A DNA stretch of 62,700 bases, the filler included, from Choristocarpus tenellus KU-1152 (Eukaryota; Protista; Phaeophyceae), in assembly GCA_964200185.2 (NCBI GenBank). It is 14 parts of 14 records of this genome, joined end to end, with 100 filler letters (N's around TTAATTAATTAA, not from the genome) between each part and the next. Parts side by side here need not be neighbours in the genome. Positions count along the whole stretch, not along the records: positions 25,872 to 29,143 come from CAXNAD020021131.1; positions 29,244 to 33,131 come from CAXNAD020017348.1; positions 33,232 to 36,582 come from CAXNAD020020623.1; positions 36,683 to 40,984 come from CAXNAD020015212.1; 10 more parts are not named here. The stretch is one strand, 5' to 3'. The notes beneath the pieces were generated by a model that did not search any database, was not told where the DNA came from, and worked only from the letters and a program-made list of their open reading frames with translations. How positions within the stretch are numbered: the first letter of the stretch is position 1; each line of letters opens with the position of its first letter. Positions 26,264-36,906 of this stretch are shown here, piece by piece. A program made the position numbers and the translations under genes.

Positions 26264-26532
26264 ATTTTCAGCAACCTAACTCCAACCCTAACCCTTACTT
26301 GTGTGTGAAATATATCCCTAACCACTCTAGTAAATATTCAGGGAGAAGCTTCGCTTGTGGTGCAGTAGTACATTGTGCACTGGGGAACCCCCACTGTAAT
26401 ATTTGTTTCCCACTTTTTTCGCACGCATTTTTCAAAATCTAACTCTAATCTCATCTCTAACCCTAAATTGCGAGTGAATAATATCCCCTAACCAGTCAAG
26501 AAAACATTGTAGAAGTTATGGAGGAGTATAGT

Positions 26533-26712
26533 CGCTCAAAGTATCTGGGAGGGGGGTGGCGGCTATCCATTTGAGGTCAATTTTTTCATGTCGCGATTTT
26601 TATGTGGTTTGGTCGCATACATCGGATGGATAATGCAAGTGCACTTTTCCTGGTCATGGTCCAAATGGACACCCTGGTGTAGACACTCCCTTCCCCCCCC
26701 AGATACTTTGTC
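26533..26712 (-). mobile_element. MITE family A, probable 3-bp TSD AGT
   Basis: agt|CGCTCAAAGTATCTGGG..CCCAGATACTTTGTC|agt; one end is slightly damaged. Confidence 0.9.
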
Positions 26713-26855
26713 AGTGTGCAACAGGGAACCAGAGCTTATCAAGAATACACTACTTTCCCTTTTTTCACACTTATTTTCGAGAATTTAACTCTAACCCTAA
26801 TCCTAACCTATGTGTGAAAATAACTGTAAGTTTTGTTTGAAGATGTGAAAGAAGT

Positions 26856-27122
26856 GAGTCAAAGTATCTTAGAGGGTAGAGTCGCGTCCGTTTGGGGCCA
26901 AAATCCAATGTTGCGATTTTGCTTAAAGTTTGACTGCTGCATTTGTTAAGAATTGTCAATATCCTTGTTCCGGACATACACATGAGACCTACTCCAAAAC
27001 GTACACATTTTTCCTACTCCGAAACATTTTGGAGTAGGAAAATTTCATAAGAAACCTGTGGGAAGTCAATCCCCAAACGGACAAACAGGGCAAAACTCGA
27101 ACCCTATAATATGCTTTCACTC
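26856..27122 (+). mobile_element. MITE family B, full length, 3-bp TSD AGT
   Basis: agt|GAGTCAAAGTATCTTAGAGGGTA..ATGCTTTCACTC|agt. Confidence 0.93.
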
Positions 27123-27836
27123 AGTATGACAGTGGGGGTTCCTGAATACAGGGGAGTTCCCCTGTACACTTCACCACTACCTCTCAAGGATCCACCAATG
27201 TAACCTATCTCATTTTTACACAATATTCGAACACGGAACCCTAACCCTCACCTCTGTGAAAAAATGACCCTAACCTTCTTTTGAAGAAGCGAAAAAAGCA
27301 TGACACCGGTAGTTCCCCAAGACCGGGGTTCCCATATGCACTCTATCAGGCTGCTTGACAGACTTGAGGAACTCCTCTCTTCTCATTATAGATCACCTCC
27401 ATAGTACTAGTTTAGGAGTAGTTTTGCAGCCCTACTACGTATAAATGTGATTTTTTTGGTTTCTCTCTCTCTCGCCTTCAAGTACTCTATACAACTCTGA
27501 TTGGTGTACCAGAATGCCTTACTCTAACTAGTACAAACTCTGTTGTCGGTTTTTGTGTGTTCTTTTCCTTAATGTATGTTTCTTCTTGTACCTTCCACGA
27601 CAAATACCTGAATTTTGTGGTGGATGAAAAAAAAATACTTCCCTCTGTTCAGAATTAAATATACATAACCTTTGCAGCCCCGATGAAAAGCATTTTTTTT
27701 TTCATACATGTTCATATTTTTATGGGTGTATTGTGCAGACAATAAAATGTTGCCCAGTAAAATCGCAAAAAAAACGGGGCAGCCTACACCTATCTATGAT
27801 TCCGCCCCCAGTCCTCCAAAACCCCATTACAGCACG

Positions 27837-28925
27837 TTATTTTGACGCATCCACTGGGGCGTTTGGGGGGAGCTTGCCAGCCTTCTCAACCTTTTCCTTG
27901 CTAAGATGGGGAATTTTGAAGGAGTGAAAGTATCTTAGAGGGTACGAGTTTTGCCCTGTTTGTCCGTTTGGGGCTTGGCTTCCCACGGGTTTCTAACCAC
28001 CTTTTCCTACTCCAAAATGTTTCGGAGTAGGTAAAATGTATACGTTATGAAAGGTGTGTCCGAAACATAGATATTGGCAATTCCTAAAAAACACGATAGT
28101 CAAAATTACATCAAAATCACAACATTAGATTTTGCCCCTAAATGGACGCGGCTCTACCCTCTAAGCTACTTTGACTCAAGACATTGTCACCCTTGGACCC
28201 CAGAACTTCACTGTAGACTACAAAGAGGTTCTGCCAGACGTGCTCTAATGTCTCCCGATGGTACACATCGAACACTTTAATTGTGGCCTCCACCAGCTCC
28301 TCTGTCTTGGTCACCCCCACGTCTTCCTTTAGTTGCTGGATGGAATGAAAGAATCCCAGGTCGTTGACGTTGAGGTGAGTTGACTGGCCCAGTCTCAACA
28401 ACAATGTCATCCTTTGCTACCTCCTTGATTGCCTCCATTGTCCCCCCATTCGTGTGTAACTTTGCCCTGTTCTGCTGCACGAAGTGGTGTGCCCTTCCGG
28501 CGTAGGCATGTGGGCCTTGATAGCCGGGATGACACCCTCAGTTGTGAACTTCTTATACCTCTCCCCGTCCACTGCGACTGGCACAAGTATCTTGGTGCCC
28601 TGGGGGGGGTGTTTGCTGGAGCTCTGAGCGACCTTAGTGTCCACGATTGGCCACATCCCGATTTTCCCATCGAACCACACCCCGTTGGAGAGCTTCCTAG
28701 GGCGGGCCACAGCTGCAAGGAACATCACCTCCGTAATGTAACCCTTCTTCTGTGCCTATGGGGACTTGGAGGAGTCCTCAGTGGGGTGCAGGTACACACC
28801 TTGCCCATCTTTAAGGATATAGGGCCACTTCTTATCCACATGCACTCAGTCTTACAGAGTGTCCAGTAATTCCTCACTTCCCCCCCTCATGTGCGTTTTG
28901 TTGATGATGAAACCCACCCTGTTGA
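27837..28925 (-). mobile_element. Degenerate Tc1/mariner transposase of DD39D type, interrupted by a MITE B copy
   Basis: Motifs VHVDKKW, YITEVMFLAAVARPR, WFDGKIGMWP, VIPAIK, NS..LNVNDLGFFHSIQ, GDNV^FKIPHLSK..GKLP. Confidence 0.93.
27922..28177 (-). mobile_element. MITE family B, full length, 3-bp TSD AAG
   Basis: aag|GAGTGAAAGTATCTTAGAGGGTA..TACCCTCTAAGCTACTTTGACTC|aag. Confidence 0.95.
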
Positions 28926-28926
28926 C

Positions 28927-29143
28927 GTCTCAAAGCACTTAAGAGGGTAGGAGTTTTGCCCTGTTCGTCTGTTTGGGGCTTGGCTTCCCACGGGTATTTA
29001 AGCCCTTTTTCGTTTTTCTGTGTGAACACAGTTTACTAAAGTGTGTACCACTAGAGTGTCCTAAGTGGGGTGCAGGTACACACCTTGGAGCCAAAGTATC
29101 TTAGAGGGTAGAGCTGCGTCCATTTGGGGGTCAAAATACAATG
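28927..29143. mobile_element. Two partial MITE B ends (28927 to about 29000, and 29088-29143) with a 30-bp mariner duplicate (29058-29087) between them
   Basis: CAAAGCACTTAAGAGGGTAG.. and GAGCCAAAGTATCTTAGAGGGTAGAG; 29058-29087 matches 28774-28803 at 29/30 positions. Confidence 0.8.
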
Positions 29144-29282
29144 NNNNNNNNNNNNNNNNNNNNNNNNNNNNNNNNNNNNNNNNNNNNTTAATTAATTAAN
29201 NNNNNNNNNNNNNNNNNNNNNNNNNNNNNNNNNNNNNNNNNNNGTACACAGGGAGAAAGGCAGGTTGCAGGGTGAATATATA

Positions 29283-29331
29283 TGAATGAATGAATGAATG
29301 AATGAATGAATGAATGAATGAATGAATGAAT
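29283..29331. repeat. (TGAA)n microsatellite
   Basis: Direct read. Confidence 0.95.
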
Positions 29332-29649
29332 TATTCAAGGCATCCTACCAGCCCAATGCACAAGCAGGACACAGTCCTCCCCACTCTATTGACAGTCGCT
29401 GCTGCCACTTGAGACACGCCCCCAACCATTTCTCGCCCTTTGTGTCACATGGCACCTCAGCCATTCTATTGGCTCTTGCTGCTTCCACTTAGTATCCAAA
29501 TAACTTCGCGGTGATCTTTATTGTCCCTACTACGTCTGCATTAAAAAAAAAAATTAAAGGAGTTACGTGGCACCGGGTTTCAAATCTCTTGGTGCATGCA
29601 AACTTGTTTCTTGTTTGCTTTGGGGTTGAACAGCGCACCAGTGCTGGAG

Positions 29650-29697
29650 TTAGGGTTAGGGTTAGGGTTAGGGTTAGGGTGTGTGTGTGTGTGTGTG
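29650..29697. repeat. Interstitial (TTAGGG)5 followed by (GT)n; shorter CCCTAA/TTAGGG runs at about 14360-14383 and 7781-7797
   Basis: Direct read; short and internal, so not a chromosome end. Confidence 0.85.
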
Positions 29698-30043
29698 AGA
29701 ATAAATTTGCAATTCTTCAGAGCAATCAGAGATCAACAGACCATAAATGCGATAAACGTTTAATTTTTTTTAATTTTTTTTTTCTTCTTTTGATGAACCA
29801 TATTTTATTTATATATATATATATATAAATATATATATTTACTCTTGGCACCACCACCGCAACGAGGAGAACAAACGTAGAAAAAAAACTACAAAAAAGA
29901 ATGACCAGGTTTTATATACTCCCAAAAAGGTGCGTCCGTCGTCAGCAACAACAACAACAGCAACAGCAACAACAGCAACAGCAACAACAACAACAAAAAA
30001 ACGCATGGTAGGAAGGCAGTAGGTGCATAGGCCACGGGCTCAC

Positions 30044-32238
30044 CTGCCTCTGGAGGGCATTCAGGTCGACAGATTTGCGTTGCAGTTCCCCTTCAAGTGC
30101 CCTGTTGGCCCCTTGGAGCCTCGAGACCTCAGCGTCACGCTCTGCCAGGGCCTGGTAGAAATAGTTTGTTGTCATTGCTCGGGTTCATTATTACTATTAC
30201 TATTATTATTATTATTATTGTTATTATTATTATATATTTTTTAATATATATTTATTAACAAAACCATGAAATGAAGAAAAAGAAAAAGCACGAGTACGAG
30301 AATGTTGTCACTAGTTCTCAATCAATGGTCGGGTTCATTATTACTATTATTATTATTTTTTTTAAACAAAACCATGAAATGAAGAAAAAGAAAAAGCATG
30401 AGTATGAGAATGTTGTCACTAGTTCTCAATCAATGGTTCTTCTCCTTTGCATTGATCCGAGAGGCAGAAGTAAAAGAAAAAATAAAACACACAAAAAAAA
30501 CTTTTAATGAGAAAGCAGTGAAAAAATAAATTAATTAAGACCTCAGGGTGTGTGTGTGTGTGTGTGTCATGTATATGTACCCCTGACATATTAAAATCCC
30601 CAAGATAAGATCTAACTAACAGGCAAGAAATGATGCCCATCCATGGTAACAGTGCACCAACCATTGATATGTCCTCCTGTACGATACTAATTCAAATAAG
30701 TTAACAGGGGAGGGGGTTTGAGTGCATAGTTCAAGAAAAGGCGGACTCCCTTAGCCCGTTCTTGCTGAAGTTGAAGTTAAAGTTGAAGTCTCTGGTCCTA
30801 CGCAGTCGGGGGAGGAGCATCGACGTGTCTGATTCCATGTCATCTGTTAAAATACATTACATAATAATAATAATAATAATAATAATAATTATTATTATTG
30901 TCGTGGAAATGCTTCTGGAACACAGCGCGCTTTAAATAAAAGAGAAAAAAAGAGGTTGGGAGAACGGGCCACGGTGCGAAAAGTCAGGAGGAAAAAACAC
31001 TCCCAACATTTATTTTTTTTACTTCTCTTAAGGACTCGGCATACACACAATACAATAGTAAGATATTCTTCTCGAAACCTCCCCCCCCCAGAATAACCAA
31101 CAGAATAACTAAACATTTTCAGTTCGGTTCAGTTTTTTTCCTAGCTGTTTTCGATTGAATTCGATTGAATTGAGAACTGAAGCCGATTTTAACTCTTGGG
31201 AGGTTGTTAACACAAAATACAGTCAGCACTAATAAAATTAATAAATAAATAAATGCTAATAAATAAATAAATAAATGCTAATCACGTGACAGCTTTTCCC
31301 ACCGTCTCTCTCCTAGGTGAAGCGATCGTTTCAAAGCATCTCCAACTCGAGAACCACAGAACACAACGATTTAACTCTTTGCAATCCCAAACGAAAGAGT
31401 TAATAGTTAAAGGTAAAATAAATCAGCTCATTTGACAACCATAACTCCCATACATACATACATACATGCATAAATACATGCATACATTCATATTGTACAC
31501 CAAAATATGTACCATTATAAAAAAAATTCTTCTCACTTTTGTAAGGCGTTGGCGTGATTGTTGCAGCTCCTCTGCACCCTGCTCCACCCTTCGCTTCTCC
31601 TGGTGAAGGGCCTTGTACGTGGACATGAGGTCAGCCTTCTCAAACTGTGCTGCTCTCACTGCCTGCAGAAACACAACCACAACACACACGAAAAAAAGAA
31701 GAGAAGTGTGTAGATTTTTTTTTTTTTTAACAGATTGAGTTCAATTCGCGTTCAGCCGTAGCTTCAAAGTGGGCGTTTTTCATTTCAGCGATAGCAAGAA
31801 AAAAAATAAATAGTGCATAATAATAATAATATGTAACAAAAAAAATATAGAGGCACTAGTGAATACGGTAGCTGTTGTCAGTTACACCCCCCACACACAC
31901 ACTCCCTATTTTTTAAAATTGTTGTTGTCTATCAGTCTATCACACACGCCCTTGTGAGACACTGACCATCCTGGTTATTTCACTGGTGGGGGAACTCCCG
32001 CCTCAAAAATAATAATAATAATAATAATAAAAAAATTAAAAATATTATTCTAGTTGGATGCTTCGCACATCCTATCGGAAACATGCAGTACATACATACG
32101 TACATATGTGTGCATACACACCTGCCCTGCAGTAGTTGCTTGATGGAGGGCATCCTGCAGTTTCCTTTGCTGTTCTTCCCTCTCTGCCCCCAGTCTGGTG
32201 AGGTCTGCCAACACCGCTTGGTTTTCCTTGGCCATCAT
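30044..32238 (-). CDS. CEP135: CEP135/BLD10-like centriolar coiled-coil protein, internal exons 32238-32122, 31662-31537, 30151-30044
   Basis: Three phase-0 exons join to MMAKENQAVLADL..QAVRAAQFEKADLMSTYKALHQEKRRV..VDLNALQRQ, recalling the CEP135/BLD10 segment MARENQ..E.EDL...Y..L..E.RRL..DLQAFERQ; gene structure is firm, identity is from recall of a coiled-coil region. Confidence 0.72.
30180..30438. repeat. Intronic tandem duplication (2 copies) containing a (TTA)n tract
   Basis: CGGGTTCATTATTA..AACAAAACCATGAAATGAAG..CTCAATCAATGGT occurs from 30180 and again from 30330. Confidence 0.85.
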
Positions 32239-32346
32239 CTGAATACAAACAGCACATACATATATATATATATATATGCAGTTAGATATAGATATGACAA
32301 TACAGAACTGATGATGACGGGGGAGATAATCCAATACAGGAATCGA

Positions 32347-32508
32347 AGATCTAAAAAGAAGCACCTCTTTGACTGTCATCACACAATCAAGATTCAAGTA
32401 AGATCCAAAAAGAAGCACCTCTTTGACTGCCATCACACAATCAAGATTCAAGTAAGATCCAAAAAGAAGCACCTCTTTGACTGCCATCACACAATCAAGA
32501 TTCAAGTA
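32347..32508. repeat. 54-bp minisatellite, 3 copies
   Basis: AGATCYAAAAAGAAGCACCTCTTTGACTGYCATCACACAATCAAGATTCAAGTA at 32347, 32401 and 32455, with no spacers. Confidence 0.95.
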
Positions 32509-32796
32509 CCCCCACTCACCCCACACTAAAATAAAAAACTCTTGACCCTTGAATGATAAAAAAAAGCATACATACATATTGCTCATCCAAGCAAGGCGTG
32601 TGTGTATCAATCACAATCAATCACAACATACTTGCAAAAGAGTTGATTCGGTTCTCATTCGTATAGAGGATAGGTGGGGGCGGGGGCGGGGGTGGGGGGG
32701 GGGTGGGGAGGGGGTGGACTTGGAAGGGACAATTTCAAGGAGCTGGAGCTGGTNNNNNNNNNNCAGCGTGGAGAGGTGTGGGTGGGTGTGGGGGGT

Positions 32797-32855
<59 letters not shown>

Positions 32856-33064
32856 GGACTTGGAAGGGACAATTTCAAGGAGCTGGAGCTGGTTCAGGCG
32901 CAATGGCTGACACCAGTAATGATGACAACATCTTACGATCAAAAATAATACACCTCCCCTGATGAATAAGATATCAGGTAACAGGTGGTCAATCTGAGAG
33001 GGAACCTTGAACTCCCAGGATGCAAGGTGAGTTCTTCTTAGCCTTTGCCTGCCCTCAGTGCCCC

Positions 33065-33106
<42 letters not shown>

Positions 33107-33276
33107 CCCACCAAAACTCCTCATCAACTCANNNNNNNNNNNNNNNNNNNNNNNNNNNNNNNNNNNNNNNNNNNNTTAATTAATTAANNNNNNNNNNNNN
33201 NNNNNNNNNNNNNNNNNNNNNNNNNNNNNNNCTGTGGGTCTTCCCACTCCCCTTCATCACGAAGAGCCTGTCGGCT

Positions 33277-33354
33277 TGTTTCCATCTGTTTCACACTATT
33301 ATTGTACTATAAATGTTTCCATCTGTTTCACACTATTATTATACTATAAATGTT
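33277..33354. repeat. 37-bp tandem duplication
   Basis: TGTTTCCATCTGTTTCACACTATTATTRTACTATAAA twice. Confidence 0.9.
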
Positions 33355-35317
33355 AAATAAATAAAATGATGCCTCATAGAACAATCGAACGGCAGTCTAT
33401 CAAAACTATAAAAAGGAAGCCCCTGTGCAAAATAAAAACCTTCGCTCTGCTCCGTCCGCAAGAAGTGTAGTCTATATTGTAGTGTTCACCCACCTTGGGT
33501 TGGTGTTTCAAGGTCGAGGACAATCAAAATGTTGTCATACATTGCAAAGGGTAGCTAGCAGTGGCACTTGATTCAATGGAGAAAACACTGTTTCGACTAG
33601 CAATGAACCTTTCCAGTACCTCATGTTCCACCACGGAGATCTCCACGAATGCTTTGCTTTACCTTGAAGCTCCTCCATGTTGACCCCCTTGCAGAACGAA
33701 TTCACAGGGCCTTTCATTGGGCACGGCAAATGCGATGGGACCTGTCCTCAGGTCGGACTGTTCAAATGATTTTAACCTTGTCCAGACCAGGTCCAAGCGT
33801 TGGAACCTGTTCTGTCTACGGTCCGGACAGGTTCCAATACTTTGTCACACGTCTGAACAAGTGTTGGAACGTGTCCACCTTGCGGTCCAGACGTAACCCA
33901 CTGTATTCGAACACAGTTCCACCACAGACTTTACCCTTGGGTCTGGCCTTGGAGGGCATATATGTACGTCTTTCGCACAGAGGGGATCTAGCTCAGTATT
34001 ACTGGAAGTGTATCTCAATGCACGAGAAAGGAATAGGCGAAGGAATATATAAGAAACACGATCATTCCCACGTGTAATTCCCACATACACAGTGAAAATA
34101 TTCACACAGGGGGTGTGCGTACACTAAGCAAGGCGTTTTGAGAGGAGCAGTGCCAAAAAATGACTTGCAGTTGGACCGTTCCTTGACCTCTGGAACTCTT
34201 AAAATATATACAAGAAATATATCTACCCACAAAAATTTAGGACACATACAACAAACAAACCAACGCACATTATTCTACACTACAGGCGTTCAACTCCATT
34301 CATGCGAATAACATGTTGGGATAACTTGGGACACGTTTTGTCAACCGTTCGGACAAAATAAAGGTACCTTTTCATCCACGGTTTGTCAATATGTTCACCA
34401 TGCTCAGGCTGCGGGCCAGCCCCCGGACATGCTAATTGTCCAGACGGATTAAAAGCTCTGACAATTTTCAATTCTTGTCTAGCCCACATCTGGAACGATG
34501 ATATCATAGACCCTCTGGGTTATACAAGGACCAAAGAGATGCCTTACCATCCCCCACGGAGCATGTCCGCAAAAGGGAAACGCCTCCCACATAGCAAGAG
34601 AGGTAGGTACGCACGCCATCACGCTACGTGAAAAGCAGCGAAATCAACAGCAACCCTACTTGCCAAGGGTTAGGGATAGAGCGATTTCAACATCATCAGT
34701 GGCTTTCTTTGACACCAATCCAAAGGAAACCGCAAACCCTCTTGAGGGAAACAAATGTCACCCAGATAGGTAGTGGAGGGAAACAACACAACAGTTTCGT
34801 GGAGAATCGGGTTGCCGTATCTATATATTTTTTCTCCAATGATCTTGAAGGTTCTTTTTTGTATCTCATGGCTGCTTCTTCAAAGGTTACAAAAAGAAAC
34901 AACCATCTCCTTTACCGAGGGCTACCTACTTCCAATCCGGTGCTGGTGCGCTTGCTCGACAGCGACCTATGTAACCAACCACAGATCTCTTGGAAGGCCT
35001 ATGTAATTAATTAACTCATACAGCCAACGATATCGTCAGTACCGACGTGAGCTCCACTAGGTAAGGAAATTGTTCTGTCTGCAAGGGGGGAGGGGTCATG
35101 ATGGAGGAATCTCCAAGTGGAACACCAAAAAACGTGTCGGCATCTCCGCTGTGGAACACTAAGTACCATGTGAAGGGTCACTGGTGTTTGAAGCTGTACT
35201 TTACTTTTCCTAAATAGAGTCAAATGTCACAACCACCCCTTGGCAATGTAAGAAAACATTTGGAATGTGCTTGGCTGATACACACCAACCCTGCTGACAG
35301 GAGGAACCCACTAATTC

Positions 35318-35366
<49 letters not shown>

Positions 35367-35633
35367 ATATTTATACATACGTATGTGTATGTATGCATGT
35401 ACCTGGAAGTGTGTATCCAAATATATAAATAAACACTTGCTGAGTAGGCATCCTCTCCTCTCGAGGGTGGGAGAAGTGTTTGTTTCGAGTCATGACCTAC
35501 TCTGTTGACTGAGCCCTGTACTGCTTGCCATTGGTGTTCACCAACATAAAAATAATAATAATAATGTCTGTGGTGCATGCAATTGAAATATTCTAGGTGA
35601 GGAACTGCCTTTGCCTTTTAGTCTATTGGAAGT

Positions 35634-35815
35634 GGCCCAAAGTATCTGGGGAGGGGAGGCGGGGGGGGGGGGGGTCTACACCAGGGTGTCCGTTTGGGGC
35701 ATTAACAGGAAAAGTGCACTTATATTACTCATCCGACGTATGCAACCAAATCACAAAAAATCGTGACATGAAAAAATTGGCCCCAAATGGACAGCAGCCA
35801 CCCCTCTACCTTGAC
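35634..35815 (+). mobile_element. MITE family A, right TIR damaged
   Basis: agt|GGCCCAAAGTATCTGGGG..CCCCAAATGGACAGCAGCCACCCC. Confidence 0.9.
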
Positions 35816-36682
35816 ATTCATCATTGTACATAATGAATGGTCAGTACAGCTGTGGCCAATACATAAACAAAACCTATATTTCTAAAGTTGCCTAGGTAGC
35901 GTGTAGCTTCATCCCTCAAAATGTCCAAATCACACCCACTTCGATACTCAAAGAGGCACCACCGCCTTATCAATATCATACAGACATTGTGCGGCCAATG
36001 GCGCTTCATCATTTTCTGTAAAAATGAAAAAAATACACTCACGTAGAGAACTTACGATGCTCACAACCGCCATCACACTCTTTTCCAACTCCTACGCAAC
36101 AAACAATAAAAAAAACTATATAGAGCGCTTACTACATCCAGTATCGCTTCAAACATTTTATTTATTTATACAAAAGAATTAAAAAAAGCACTCTTGGACG
36201 TACATATATATATATATATATATATACACATACATATATGCATCTACTTCACAATATACTTACACCGTTGTTGATGCATTACAAAAAAAAAAAATCTGCC
36301 TACGATAAAAAATTAACTTTTTATTTAATAATAGTCAATACTTGTGTCCCATCTCGTCGATTGTCACTACTACTGAGTCATCCAATCTTGGTGCAGACCC
36401 TTAGACCCTTAGGGTTAGCATAAAGTTTGACCCTCCGGAGTACACAAGGACTTTCTAAATCTCCTCCTAGACACCCCTTTCCCACACCTGAGATTCAGCC
36501 AACTCGCCCCCCCCCCCCCCCCCCCCCCCCGCCCGGAGCCCCCCGCAACAGACCCCGAAAAACCGTCCTGCCCCTATCACAANNNNNNNNNNNNNNNNNN
36601 NNNNNNNNNNNNNNNNNNNNNNNNNNTTAATTAATTAANNNNNNNNNNNNNNNNNNNNNNNNNNNNNNNNNNNNNNNNNNNN

Positions 36683-36906
36683 GGGGGGGTGGGGGGGGGG
36701 GGGGGGGGGGGGGAGGGGTGGGGGGGGGGGGGGGGGGCGGGTTGGCGCGGGATACACCAGGGTGTCCATTCGGGCCCTGATCAGGCGAAGTGCACTTACA
36801 CTATCCATCCGATGTATGCAACCAAATCACCCAAAAATCGCAACATGGAAAATTGGGCCCTGAATGGACAGCCGCCACACACGCACCCCCAAAGATACTT
36901 TGAACC
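36683..36906 (+). mobile_element. MITE family A at contig start
   Basis: G-run, TACACCAGGGTGTCCATTCGG..AGATACTTTGAACC. Confidence 0.9.

Noticed and set aside
29650-29680. (TTAGGG)5 as a telomere
   Set aside because: It is short, internal to the contig and merges into a GT microsatellite
32347-32508. 54-bp x3 repeat as a CRISPR array or as coding repeats in ORFs 32050-32610 and 32083-32529
   Set aside because: Units are contiguous with no spacers, and they lie upstream of the splice acceptor of a CEP135-like exon; it is an ordinary minisatellite
32710-32893. ~43-bp direct repeat around an internal N-gap and G-run
   Set aside because: Likely a scaffolding overlap at a homopolymer; the Gly/Pro-rich ORFs here are artefacts
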